Positions 30,211 through 39,026 of a DNA stretch of 64,000 bases are shown here, piece by piece. Numbering within the stretch: the stretch's first letter is position 1; each line of letters begins with the position of its first letter. The position numbers and the translations under genes are program-made. The notes under the pieces are model-generated. The model had not been told where the DNA came from and did not search any database. It saw only the letters and a list, made by a program, of their open reading frames with translations. The stretch is from Candidatus Krumholzibacteriia bacterium (GTDB lineage Bacteria > Krumholzibacteriota > Krumholzibacteriia > LZORAL124-64-63): positions 32,001 to 96,000 of the forward strand of contig JBFXKG010000007.1 in the NCBI GenBank assembly GCA_050174015.1, written 5' to 3'.

Positions 30211-32388
30211 TCAGGGGCCGGACACCGCCCACAGGACCAGGCGGTCGGCCGCCTGGGACAGGCTCAGGCCGCCGCGGACCTCCTGGTTGTCGGCGATGGT
30301 CCATCCCGTCGCCTCCAGTTGACCCAGGATCAGCGGTCCCTGGCCGCCCAGTTCCGCCTCCTGGGGAAAACCCACCCAGGTGACGGGCGTGGGGGGGGCG
30401 GGCGTCAGCTTCCCGGCGATGAAGGCGGCGTCGGCCTGGGGCCAGGGCTCCAGGCGGGTGCCGGCGAAGACCAGCACCCGGGACACCTGGGCGGCCCGGC
30501 TGCGGGCCAGTTCCAGGGCGGCTGCGCCCAGGGCGTCGACGCCCGCGACGGCCGCGGCCGGGGCTCCGAAGTACTCCAGGGCCCAGTCCAGGCAGGCGAC
30601 CGCTTCGGCCACCTGGCCGTCAGGAGTGTTCGCCCCCGGGTCGAGGTGAAGCAGGACGTAGACCGGACGGAAGGATCCGGGGCCCGCGGGCAGGTCGCCG
30701 AATTCGTGGTTCCGGGCGATCCGTTCGATGAGCCGGCCTTCCTGACCGGGGGCGTCCTGCAGGACCAGGACAGGAGTCCGGGCCTTCCCGTCGGCGGGGG
30801 CGAGGTACAGGCTGCTCAGTCGGTCCTTCCCTCCCGGACCGGGATAGACGAAGGTGGCCGGCCCCTGACCGGGCAGGATGGATCCGGTGACCTGGGCCTG
30901 CCGCAGCATGGCCTGCAGGTCCTGGAAGGTGGATGAGGCGGGGCCGGGGTTGCGACGGGTCCGGTGGGCCGCGACCGCATCCTCGACCGCCCCCAGCAGA
31001 AGGTCTCCCGTGGCGCGCTCGCTCGGGGGCAGGGCGTCGATGCGGACGCGCAGGGAATCCTGCCAGCCGGGCCCGAGGTGCAGGACGCTGGTGCTCCAGA
31101 CGGCCTCAGGGCCCGAGGGGAAGGCCAGGTTGGCCTTCATCAGGTAGGCGCCGTCGGCCAGCCGGGAGAAGTCGGCCTGGCGCTGCAGCAGGTTGGCGCC
31201 GGGCCGCAGGGGCACGACCTGGGTCTGGGGTCCGGACGGCAGGACGGACCGCCCGGCCGGATCCAGGAAGTCCAGGCCCAGCAGCCCGGTCCCCTCGGCG
31301 GTGCTGACGGCGGTCAGGTCCAGGTCGAGGGGTTCGGCGCCGGCAATGGAGTCCGACACCTTGCCTGCGAACAGCTCCCGGTCCACCGAATCGAGACGGA
31401 ACTCCAGGGGCGCCAGCCGGTGGCGCGCGGCCGCCGGAGCCCAGGCCCAGGGATCGGGAAGCAAAGCCGCCTTCGGGTAACCCCGCCCGGATCCCTGGCG
31501 GATCATGACGTTGAGGCCCAGCGCGGGATCGACGACCGGATGATACGGCATGAGGCTCGGCCAGGGGATGAGGGCGCTCAGGACGGCGGCGCCGTGGGGG
31601 CCCTTGCCGATCTTCGGATTCATCTCGGCGATCCGCTGCCACCGGCTCTGCTCGCCCAGGAACATGGCGGCGGTGGGGCCGCCCTTCTCCCCGCCCAGGG
31701 CGAAGACGAAGGAGTTGGCGCTGTCGATCTTCCGGTCCCCCTCGGGGACAGAGACGATCACCACGACGCCGGCTCCGCCGGCCCAGGGGGGGGCCGTCTC
31801 CGTGGCGAAGTCGTTCCAGGGATCGGGGGCGGTGATCTCGATCTGCAGGCCGGCGTCGCTCCAGTTCAGGCGAAACTCGGGGCGGGGATCGCTCGTGGCG
31901 CCCGGACCGGGCCGGGTGGGATCCAGGGGCATGGGGTCGGACCAGGCTTCGTGCGCCAGGGTCAGGGCCTTCTCCCGGGACAGCAGGAACAACCGGCTCC
32001 GCTCGGCGACCTCGAGTTCGAACAGTTCCGGCCGGCCGGCCACCCCCTCGAGGTCGGGATCGCTCAGGGCGAAGCCCATCTCCTCGAAGCCCGCGGCGAG
32101 GGCGTTCCGGAGAGTGGCCGCGGCCCCGTCCGGGTCGCCCATCCGATTCTCCAGACAGGCCTGGTTGTAGAACATGACCGGATCGGCGGCGAACCGTTCG
32201 TTGAGGCGGCGGGCAAGATCCAGGGCCGAGGCGGCGTCGCCCTCCTGCATGGCCCGGTCGAACAGTTCGGTCAGGTCTTTCCGGTCCAGGGCGCGCTGGG
32301 CCGCGGCCTCCCGGGACACGCCGCAGGCGGCCCCCAGAAGGGCGATGCATACCCAGAGGGTCGTCGGCCAGGTCATTCGCAAGGTCAT
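30211..32388 (-). CDS. Exported multidomain protein: TPR + CBM9/DOMON-like domain + degenerate alpha/beta-hydrolase-like C-terminus
   Basis: Signal peptide; FYNQAC...LRNALAAGF...DPDL (TPR-end motif); L.WSDAGLQIEITAPD and ALIPWPSL (CBM9-like); C-terminal AVAGVDALGAAAL. Start 32388 or 32376. Confidence 0.6.
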   Translation of the reverse strand: MTLRMTWPTTLWVCIALLGAACGVSREAAAQRALDRKDLTELFDRAMQEGDAASALDLARRLNERFAADPVMFYNQACLENRMGDPDGAAATLRNALAAGFEEMGFALSDPDLEGVAGRPELFELEVAERSRLFLLSREKALTLAHEAWSDPMPLDPTRPGPGATSDPRPEFRLNWSDAGLQIEITAPDPWNDFATETAPPWAGGAGVVVIVSVPEGDRKIDSANSFVFALGGEKGGPTAAMFLGEQSRWQRIAEMNPKIGKGPHGAAVLSALIPWPSLMPYHPVVDPALGLNVMIRQGSGRGYPKAALLPDPWAWAPAAARHRLAPLEFRLDSVDRELFAGKVSDSIAGAEPLDLDLTAVSTAEGTGLLGLDFLDPAGRSVLPSGPQTQVVPLRPGANLLQRQADFSRLADGAYLMKANLAFPSGPEAVWSTSVLHLGPGWQDSLRVRIDALPPSERATGDLLLGAVEDAVAAHRTRRNPGPASSTFQDLQAMLRQAQVTGSILPGQGPATFVYPGPGGKDRLSSLYLAPADGKARTPVLVLQDAPGQEGRLIERIARNHEFGDLPAGPGSFRPVYVLLHLDPGANTPDGQVAEAVACLDWALEYFGAPAAAVAGVDALGAAALELARSRAAQVSRVLVFAGTRLEPWPQADAAFIAGKLTPAPPTPVTWVGFPQEAELGGQGPLILGQLEATGWTIADNQEVRGGLSLSQAADRLVLWAVSGP

Positions 32389-32560
32389 GGCGGCTCCCGG
32401 ATGCAAGGTCGATCCCGACTTGTACCACCCCGGGACATTAAAGTGCCCGAAGCCGCGGGGGCAAGGTGGTTGTTGCCGGTGCGGGATTGGTGTAGACTGG
32501 GAGCATCCCCGCGGGTCTTCTGGCGCCGCCCCGGTTGCGGCCGTCGAAAGCGAGGTCGCC

Positions 32561-33493
32561 ATGGCCATCATCCCCTTCCATATCGTGGACGCCTTCGCCG
32601 ACCATCCCTTCACCGGCAATCCGGCCGCCATCATTCCCAACGCCTCGGGACTGAGCACGGCCGAGATGCTGCAGATCACCGACGAACTTTCCATGGAAGC
32701 CGGGTTCATCCTGCCCCCCTCGATCCCCGGGGCGGACATCCGCCTGCGGTTCTTCACGCGCAGGCGCGAGGCCATCCTCAGCGGACACGTCGTGATCGCC
32801 GCGTTCGCCTCCATGGCCGACCGCGGATTCTACAAGCCCACTCCCGAGGGTCTGGACGTCCGGCTCGAGACCGGGGCCGGGATCCTGCCGGTCACCCTGG
32901 GATTCCGGCCGGACGGGCGCACCCTGGTGACGCTGGAACTGCCCGAGCCCAGGTTCGGGGAACCCGTGTCCGTCGGGGAGGTCGCCGCCGCCCTGGACGT
33001 CCCCTCCGAATCCCTGGGTCTGGGCAGCCACGGGCCCCAGCGCGTGAGCTGCGGTTTCGACCAGATCATCGTGCCGGTCTGCGACCGCCACGTCATCCGG
33101 GGCGACTTCAAGGGCACCGAGGCCATCGGCAGGCTGACCGACCTGCGCGGGGTGGGCGGGATCACCCTCTTCTGCCCCGACACGGTGCACCAGGACGCCG
33201 ACTTCCACTGCCGGTTCTTCCATCCCCGGATGGGCGCGGCCGAAGACGTGGCCAGCGGCACCAGCCTCGGCGCGGTCGCGGCCTACATCGTCGACCACAA
33301 GCTGTTGCCGGCCTCCGAACGCCAGCGGATCACGACCGAGCAGGGCCACTCCCTGGGCAGGCCGACCCTGGCGGAGATGTGCGTCCACTCGCGCAACGGC
33401 AGCGTCCTGAAGGTCCTGCTGGAAGCCACCGGCGTGGTGGTGATGCGGGGGTCGTTCCACTTCCAGAGGGAAGCGATGGCGGCGAACAGGTAG
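32561..33493 (+). CDS. PhzF family isomerase/epimerase
   Basis: IVDAFADHPFTGNPAA, LRFFT, ETGAG, RFFHP..G..ED..SG, EQGH.LGRP. Confidence 0.88.
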   Translation: MAIIPFHIVDAFADHPFTGNPAAIIPNASGLSTAEMLQITDELSMEAGFILPPSIPGADIRLRFFTRRREAILSGHVVIAAFASMADRGFYKPTPEGLDVRLETGAGILPVTLGFRPDGRTLVTLELPEPRFGEPVSVGEVAAALDVPSESLGLGSHGPQRVSCGFDQIIVPVCDRHVIRGDFKGTEAIGRLTDLRGVGGITLFCPDTVHQDADFHCRFFHPRMGAAEDVASGTSLGAVAAYIVDHKLLPASERQRITTEQGHSLGRPTLAEMCVHSRNGSVLKVLLEATGVVVMRGSFHFQREAMAANR

Positions 33494-33519
33494 GACCGGA
33501 GAGCGCAAGGAGGCGAGCG

Positions 33520-33984
33520 GTGGGGCTGGAGATCGAAAGGAAGTACCTGGTTCGCGGTGACGCCTGGCGCCGCGGGGCCGTAGGCGTCCCGTTCCGGCAG
33601 GGTTACCTCAGCACCGTCAGGGAGCGCGTGGTCCGGGTGCGGACCATGGGGAACCGGGCCGCCTTGACCGTGAAGGGGGCCACCCGGGGGGCGACCCGCC
33701 TCGAGTTCGAGTACGCCATTCCCGTGGCCGACGCGAACGAACTGCTGGATCTTTGCGAACAACCCCTGATCGAGAAGACCCGCTACCACATCCCCCACGG
33801 CGGGCTGGTCTGGGAGGTGGACGTGTTCCACGGGGTCAACGAGGGCCTGATCATCGCCGAGTGCGAGCTCGAAGCGGAGGATCAGGCGGTGGCCACGCCG
33901 GAATGGGTGGGGGACGAGGTCACCGGCGACCCCCGCTACGCCAACGCCAGCCTGGTGGCCCGGCCGTACACGACCTGGGGCTGA
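33520..33984 (+). CDS. CYTH domain protein
   Basis: GLEIERKYLV (ExExK), QGYLS, R.EFEY.IP, IEKTRY, WEVDVF, AECEL; GTG start after AGGAGG. Confidence 0.92.
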   Translation: MGLEIERKYLVRGDAWRRGAVGVPFRQGYLSTVRERVVRVRTMGNRAALTVKGATRGATRLEFEYAIPVADANELLDLCEQPLIEKTRYHIPHGGLVWEVDVFHGVNEGLIIAECELEAEDQAVATPEWVGDEVTGDPRYANASLVARPYTTWG

Positions 33985-34028
33985 CGCGGTTTGCCCCGGC
34001 TTGCCCCGGCGCCCTCCCCACTTCAGGC

Positions 34029-34056
34029 TTGACAATGGGAAAAAACATCTTAGATT
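34029..34056 (+). promoter_or_regulatory. Putative sigma70 promoter for the RRM gene leader
   Basis: TTGACA (34029-34034), 16-nt spacer, TAGATT (34051-34056) in an AT-rich patch. Confidence 0.5.
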
Positions 34057-34119
34057 CCTGCAACTGGTCTGCGGAAAACCCCCCGGTCTTCTGAATACCC
34101 GTGTGCATTCCGTTTGTTG

Positions 34120-34335
34120 GCCCACCTTTTGCAGGTGGCGAAACGCGTGCCCGGGAACCGCTTCGGCGGCGGGCCACACAAGTTCGACCGCGCGATCCTC
34201 CTGGATCGGCGGCCTAGAATTCCTCCGACAAGCGGAGGGATGGGTCCGCTTCGGCGGGCCGGATGAAGCGAGAGGGGTCCTGCCGGAAGAAGCCGGCGAT
34301 CCTGACTGCTTGGTAAAGCCGGAAAGCCGGCACTT
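34120..34335 (+). ncRNA. Candidate structured RNA / long 5' leader
   Basis: Seven consecutive hairpins, including two identical CCGC-TTCG-GCGG tetraloop stems; family not recognised. Confidence 0.4.
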
Positions 34336-34347
34336 GGAGAGAAAGCC

Positions 34348-34632
34348 TTGAAGAAACTGTATGTGGGCAACCTGCCCTTCTCCGCGACCGAAGATGAGAT
34401 CAGCCAGCTGTTCGGCGAGTTCGGCACCGTCCACTCGGTGGCGCTGATCAATGACCGTGAGACCGGTCGGCCCCGTGGCTTCGGCTTCGTGGAAGTGGAC
34501 GACAACGCCCTCCAGGCGATGGTCAGCAACCTGGACGGCAAGGAACTGGGCGGTCGCGCGCTTCGCGTGAACGAGGCCCAGGACCGTCCGCGCACCGGCG
34601 GCGGTGGCGGTGGCGGCGGCCGTCGCTGGTAG
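34348..34632 (+). CDS. RRM RNA-binding protein with Gly-rich tail
   Basis: KLYVGNL (RNP2), RGFGFVEV (RNP1), LRVNEA, GGGGGGGGRRW; TTG start. Confidence 0.95.
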   Translation: MKKLYVGNLPFSATEDEISQLFGEFGTVHSVALINDRETGRPRGFGFVEVDDNALQAMVSNLDGKELGGRALRVNEAQDRPRTGGGGGGGGRRW

Positions 34633-34653
34633 TCCTGCCTGCACATGAAAAGG

Positions 34654-34685
34654 ACCCCGCCGCAGTGATGCGGCGGGGTTTTTTT
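34654..34685 (+). terminator. Intrinsic terminator
   Basis: ACCCCGCCGCA-GTGA-TGCGGCGGGGT followed by TTTTTT. Confidence 0.9.
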
Positions 34686-34767
34686 GTGCCATGGCGGATC
34701 TGCCGGTGAGGATGTGCTATCATCGAGCCGGGCAGGATGACGAGTACCCGAGTCAGGGAAAGCCGAC

Positions 34768-35844
34768 ATGCCGCAAACACCGCCCTCCCTGATCACCTTG
34801 CTCTGCCTGACGGCCACGGCGGCCCTTGGTGCCGATCTCCACGTCCCGGGAAACCATCCCTCCATCGCCGCGGCCCTTGCGATGGCCGGTCCCGGTGACG
34901 CCGTGGTCGTCGCGTCGGGGACCTACCACGAACACGATCTGATCCTGCCCTCGGGGGTCGTGCTGCGCGGGGAGAGCGGCGACCCCGGCGACGTGGTCAT
35001 CGACGGGGAGCGGCTGGGCCGCTGCATCTACGGGGAGGGGCTGGACGCCTCGACCCGAATCGAGGCTGTGACCCTCTCCAACGGCCTGCCCGCCTGGGGA
35101 AGCACGCCCTACAATTCCTGGGGCGCGGGGCTCATGGTCGATGGGGGTTCCCTTACGGTCTCCCATTGCATCTTCCGGGAGAACGAGACGGCCATCGGCG
35201 GCGGCGCCTTCGTGAAGGGCACCGGCTCCCCGGTGTTCGAGGACTGCCTCTTCGAGGACAACCAGGCCTCCGAGGTCGCGGGTCTGCAGCTGAGCGGGAC
35301 CTGCGATCCGGTGGTCAGAAACTGCATCTTCCGCGGGGGCTGGCGGACCATGGTGGGCGGAGGCGTGACCTGGAGCGGTTCCGGGACCGCCACCCTCGAG
35401 GGCCTTACCGTCGAGAACAACGTGGTCTGGGAGACGGGGGGCGGGATCGAACTCCTGGGTTATTACGCCTACGCCGTGATCCGGGACTGCGTCATCCGCA
35501 ACAACACCGCCGACATCGGCGGCGCGGGCCTGTACGTCTACCGCAGCCGCAACGTCGTCCTGGAGAACGTGACGATCACCGGCAACAGGGGCGGGGAATA
35601 CGCCGGCGGGGTGGAGTTCGCGAGCTACGCCATCGTGTCGGCCCTGGCATGCACCATCCTGGACAACGAGGCTCCCTCGGCTCCGGACGGCCGGCTGGGC
35701 TCCCTGGCCGCCATGACGCTCAACTGCTGCGACGTGGACCCCGACCGCTGGATCCTGGACGGGACGGCCCTATTCACGAACGACGGCTGCGAAGTCGGGG
35801 ACGAGCCGGTGAGTTGGGGGGACCTGAAGGCGACTTTCCGCTGA
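34768..35844 (+). CDS. Secreted right-handed parallel beta-helix protein with C-terminal SWGDLKATFR motif
   Basis: Signal peptide; HVPGNHPSIAAAL...SGTY cap; GGG/GAG..C.F..N repeats. Confidence 0.82.
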   Translation: MPQTPPSLITLLCLTATAALGADLHVPGNHPSIAAALAMAGPGDAVVVASGTYHEHDLILPSGVVLRGESGDPGDVVIDGERLGRCIYGEGLDASTRIEAVTLSNGLPAWGSTPYNSWGAGLMVDGGSLTVSHCIFRENETAIGGGAFVKGTGSPVFEDCLFEDNQASEVAGLQLSGTCDPVVRNCIFRGGWRTMVGGGVTWSGSGTATLEGLTVENNVVWETGGGIELLGYYAYAVIRDCVIRNNTADIGGAGLYVYRSRNVVLENVTITGNRGGEYAGGVEFASYAIVSALACTILDNEAPSAPDGRLGSLAAMTLNCCDVDPDRWILDGTALFTNDGCEVGDEPVSWGDLKATFR

Positions 35845-35898
35845 TCCGGTCTGAGCGGGCGTCCGCCGAGGAGACGTCATCAGGAGGAGTCAATGGAC

Positions 35899-37113
35899 TC
35901 AGCCTAAGACCAGATCCCTCGTATCCCTCGCGATCATCAGCTCTTCATTGGTGGGAATGATCATGATCTTCACCCGCGAGGCGGCCTTGCTGATGATGGC
36001 CTCGTCGTGCCGCGTCGCGTTCTTGAAGGGGTCGAGCACCGCGCCGATGGCCTCCAGGCCCCGGCACGCCCACTCCCTGACCAGCGAAGCGTGCTCGCCC
36101 ACGCCGGCGGTGAAGATGATCGCGTCGACGCGGCCGAGGGCAACCGCATAGGCGCCGATGTACTTGCGGATGTGGTAGGCGTAGACCTCCAGCGCCAGGC
36201 GGGCCCGGTCGTTGCCGTTGGCGTACTCGCGCTCGACGTCGCGCAGGTCGCTGCTGATCCCGCTGATCCCCAGCATCCCGCTCTCCTTGTTCAGCATCGA
36301 TTCGACCTGGGCCAGCTTCATGTCCAGGCGGCGGGCCAGGAATCCCACCAGGGCGGGGTCGATGTCGCCGCTGCGGGTGCCCATCATCAGGCCCTCCAGC
36401 GGAGTCAGGCCCATGGAGGTGTCGATCGACCGGCCGCCCAGCACCGCGGCCACGGAGGCGCCGTTGCCCAGGTGACAGGTGATGAAGTTCAGCTCGTTCA
36501 CGCCGCGCTCGAGCACCTGGGCCGCCCGCAGGGTCACGAAGCGGTGGCTGGTGCCGTGGAAACCGTAGCGGCGGATCTGGTACTGCTCGTAGAGGTGGTA
36601 GGGGATCGGATAGATGTAGGCGCGATCGGGCATGGTCTGGTGGAAGGCCGTGTCGAACACGCCCACCATGGGCACGCCTGGCATGACCTTCTGGGCCGCC
36701 TCGATGCCCGTGATGTTGGCGGGATTGTGCAGGGGCGCCAGGGACACGCATTCCTTCAGGGCGTCGATCACGTCCTCGGTGATGAGGACCGAACCGGAGT
36801 ACTTCTCGCCGGCGTGCACCACCCGGTGGCCCACCGCGGCGACCTCGTCCATGCTCCTCAGCACCCCGTGTTCGGGGTGGACCAGGGCCGCCAGCACCAG
36901 TTCGATCCCGCGGGCGTGGTCGGGGATCGGGGTCTCCTCGCGGATGTTCGCCCCGCCGGCCGGGCTGTAGGTGTGGATGCCGTCCTCGAGACCGATGCGC
37001 TCCACCAGCCCCTTGGCCATCAGGGTCTCGTGGGCCATGTCCAGCAGCTGGTACTTCAGCGAGCTGCTGCCGCAGTTGATGACCAGGACGTTCTTGGCGG
37101 CCGATGAGGGCAT
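35899..37113 (-). CDS. ackA: Acetate kinase
   Basis: VINCGSSSLKY, GHRVVH, APLHNP, FDTAFHQT, YGFHGTSH, HLGNGAS, PTNEE. Confidence 0.97.
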   Translation of the reverse strand: MPSSAAKNVLVINCGSSSLKYQLLDMAHETLMAKGLVERIGLEDGIHTYSPAGGANIREETPIPDHARGIELVLAALVHPEHGVLRSMDEVAAVGHRVVHAGEKYSGSVLITEDVIDALKECVSLAPLHNPANITGIEAAQKVMPGVPMVGVFDTAFHQTMPDRAYIYPIPYHLYEQYQIRRYGFHGTSHRFVTLRAAQVLERGVNELNFITCHLGNGASVAAVLGGRSIDTSMGLTPLEGLMMGTRSGDIDPALVGFLARRLDMKLAQVESMLNKESGMLGISGISSDLRDVEREYANGNDRARLALEVYAYHIRKYIGAYAVALGRVDAIIFTAGVGEHASLVREWACRGLEAIGAVLDPFKNATRHDEAIISKAASRVKIMIIPTNEELMIARDTRDLVLG

Positions 37114-37127
37114 GATGCTTCTCCGGT

Positions 37128-38120
37128 TCAGGCGCTCTGCAGGGCCGTGATGGCCGCCACGTTCACGATGTCCTCGACGCTGCAGCCGCGCGAAAGGTCG
37201 TTGACCCCCTTGGCCATGCCCTGCAGGACCGGGCCCACGGCCTCGGCCCCGGCAAGCCGCTGCACCAGCTTGTAGCCGATGTTGCCGGCGTCCAGGTCGG
37301 GGAAGATCACCACGTTGGCCTTGCCGGCCACGGGGCTGCCGGGAGCCTTGCTGGCGCCGATCTTGGGCACGATGGCCGCATCGAGCTGCAACGGGCCGTC
37401 GACCAGCAGATGCGGGGCCTTTTCCTTCACCAGCCGGGTGGCCTCGATGACCTTGTCCACGTCGGGTCCGCTGCCGCTGCCCATGGTCGAGAAGCTGAGC
37501 ATGGCGACCCTCGGCTCGAACCCGCAGAGGGCCCGGGCGGTGCCCGCCGTCGCGATGGCGATGTCCGCCAGCTGTTCGGCCGTGGGCTGGGGGTTCACGG
37601 CGCAGTCGCCGAAGACGATCTGGCCGTTCTCGCCGAACTCCCAGTCGGGCTTGACCATGACGAAACAGCTGCTGACCAGGCTCGATCCGGGGGCGGTGCC
37701 CACGATCTGGAAACCCGCGCGCAGCACGTTGCCCGTGCTGTTGACCGCGCCGGCCACCATGCCGTCGGCCATGCCCTTGCTGACCAGCATGGCGCCGAAG
37801 AACAGGGGATCGTCCATGGTCTTGGCGGCTTCGTCCTCGGTCAGGCCCTTGTGCTTGCGCAGGTCGAAGTAGGCCCGGACGAAATCGTTGCGGTAGGTGG
37901 AACGCGCGGGGTCGATGATGCCGATGCCCGTAGGATCAACCCCCTTGGCCTTGAGGCCCGCCAGAACGGTCGTCTCGTCGCCCAGCAGCACGACCTGGGC
38001 GAATCCCTCGTCCCGGATGATTCCGGCGGCCTCGAGCATGCGCTCGTCGTGGGCCTCCGGCAGCACGATGGTCCGGTTCAGCTCGGCGGCCTTGCGCCGC
38101 AGCCCCTGCACGAAATCCAT
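37128..38120 (-). CDS. pta: Phosphate acetyltransferase
   Basis: [49 protein letters not shown]. Confidence 0.96.
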   Translation of the reverse strand: MDFVQGLRRKAAELNRTIVLPEAHDERMLEAAGIIRDEGFAQVVLLGDETTVLAGLKAKGVDPTGIGIIDPARSTYRNDFVRAYFDLRKHKGLTEDEAAKTMDDPLFFGAMLVSKGMADGMVAGAVNSTGNVLRAGFQIVGTAPGSSLVSSCFVMVKPDWEFGENGQIVFGDCAVNPQPTAEQLADIAIATAGTARALCGFEPRVAMLSFSTMGSGSGPDVDKVIEATRLVKEKAPHLLVDGPLQLDAAIVPKIGASKAPGSPVAGKANVVIFPDLDAGNIGYKLVQRLAGAEAVGPVLQGMAKGVNDLSRGCSVEDIVNVAAITALQSA

Positions 38121-38162
38121 GGTCGGGCTCCCTTGCCTGTGGTTTGGTCATTCCGCAGGCTC

Positions 38163-38192
38163 AAAAGTGAACAGCCGTTCATCACCTGTCAA
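38163..38192 (-). promoter_or_regulatory. Putative pta promoter with a palindromic operator in the spacer
   Basis: Minus strand TTGACA-17nt-CACTTT; perfect TGAAC-N4-GTTCA palindrome at 38168-38181. Confidence 0.5.
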
Positions 38193-38217
38193 CGGACAAA
38201 CACCCGCCAGTCCGGAC

Positions 38218-38245
38218 AAAAAAGACGGGCCGCGGCCGGCCCGTC
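38218..38245 (-). terminator. Intrinsic terminator after the Rrf2 gene
   Basis: Minus strand GACGGGCCG-GCCG-CGGCCCGTC-TTTTTT. Confidence 0.8.
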
Positions 38246-38316
38246 AACGACGAAGGGAGTGCGGGAGTGGAGCCGGGGTAGGGGAAGGCCCGGAACCCCA
38301 GGGGCGGAACCGGAGA

Positions 38317-38772
38317 TCAGGCCCGCTCGAGGTCGCTCAGCTGCTGCAGCTTGCCGTCGCCGGCCTCGCGCATGGTCACCAGCAGGTCGGCCAGGGTGAA
38401 GCTTTTCCAGAATTCCTGCATCCGCCGGCTGAGCAGGGTCCAGATGGAGCGGGTCAGGCAATCGTCGCTGCGGTCGCAGACTTCGGGCTCCAGGACGCAG
38501 TCCACCAGGGTGGTGTGGGTGTCCAGGGCGGTGATGACATCCCAGAGGTTGATCTCCTCCGGCGAGCGGGAGAGGGTGTACCCGCCGCGGACGCCCTTGC
38601 GGCTGGTGATCAACTCGGCCTTGCGCAGGGTGCCGACCACCTGTTCGAGGTACTTTCCGCTGATCTCCTGGGATTCGCTGATGGCGCTGATGGGAACCGG
38701 TTCCCCGCCGTAGTGGTCGGCGATCTGCAGGATGGCGCGAAGGCCGTACCGGACCTTGGTGTTGACTTTCAT
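38317..38772 (-). CDS. Rrf2 family transcriptional regulator (IscR/CymR-like, three Cys)
   Basis: TKVRYGLRA, ISGKYLEQ, S.KG..GGY.L, C-x6-C-x5-C. Confidence 0.93.
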   Translation of the reverse strand: MKVNTKVRYGLRAILQIADHYGGEPVPISAISESQEISGKYLEQVVGTLRKAELITSRKGVRGGYTLSRSPEEINLWDVITALDTHTTLVDCVLEPEVCDRSDDCLTRSIWTLLSRRMQEFWKSFTLADLLVTMREAGDGKLQQLSDLERA

Positions 38773-38822
38773 GATATTCCGATCGCTCCTGAGCTTGAGC
38801 CCGTCATATCTCCCCCTTAACG

Positions 38823-38837
38823 TGACCCACACGGTCA
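38823..38837. promoter_or_regulatory. Candidate Rrf2 autoregulatory palindrome
   Basis: TGACC-CACAC-GGTCA, 50 nt upstream of the Rrf2 start; same GAC-N7-GTC geometry as IscR type-1 sites. Confidence 0.45.
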
Positions 38838-39026
38838 AATCTACACCCTTATTCTTTCCCAAGCAAACCTCTTCGTCATCGGCAAGACGTTATCAAAACC
38901 GGAATTGAGTGGAATTCCTGCAAGAAATACAGGAAATGGGCGGTTTTGCCGGGGCGGACGACTGGACATTCCCGCCCGGGACGCTTATCCTGCCCCGAAT
39001 TTACCATGTGAGAAAGAGGTCGGAAA

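Noticed and set aside
34275..34347. Resemblance to SRP RNA helix 8 or a c-di-GMP-I riboswitch
   Set aside because: Lacks the CAGG..GNRA..AGCAG SRP loop and the GNRA-capped stem/GCAAA pattern of c-di-GMP-I; kept only as an unclassified structure.
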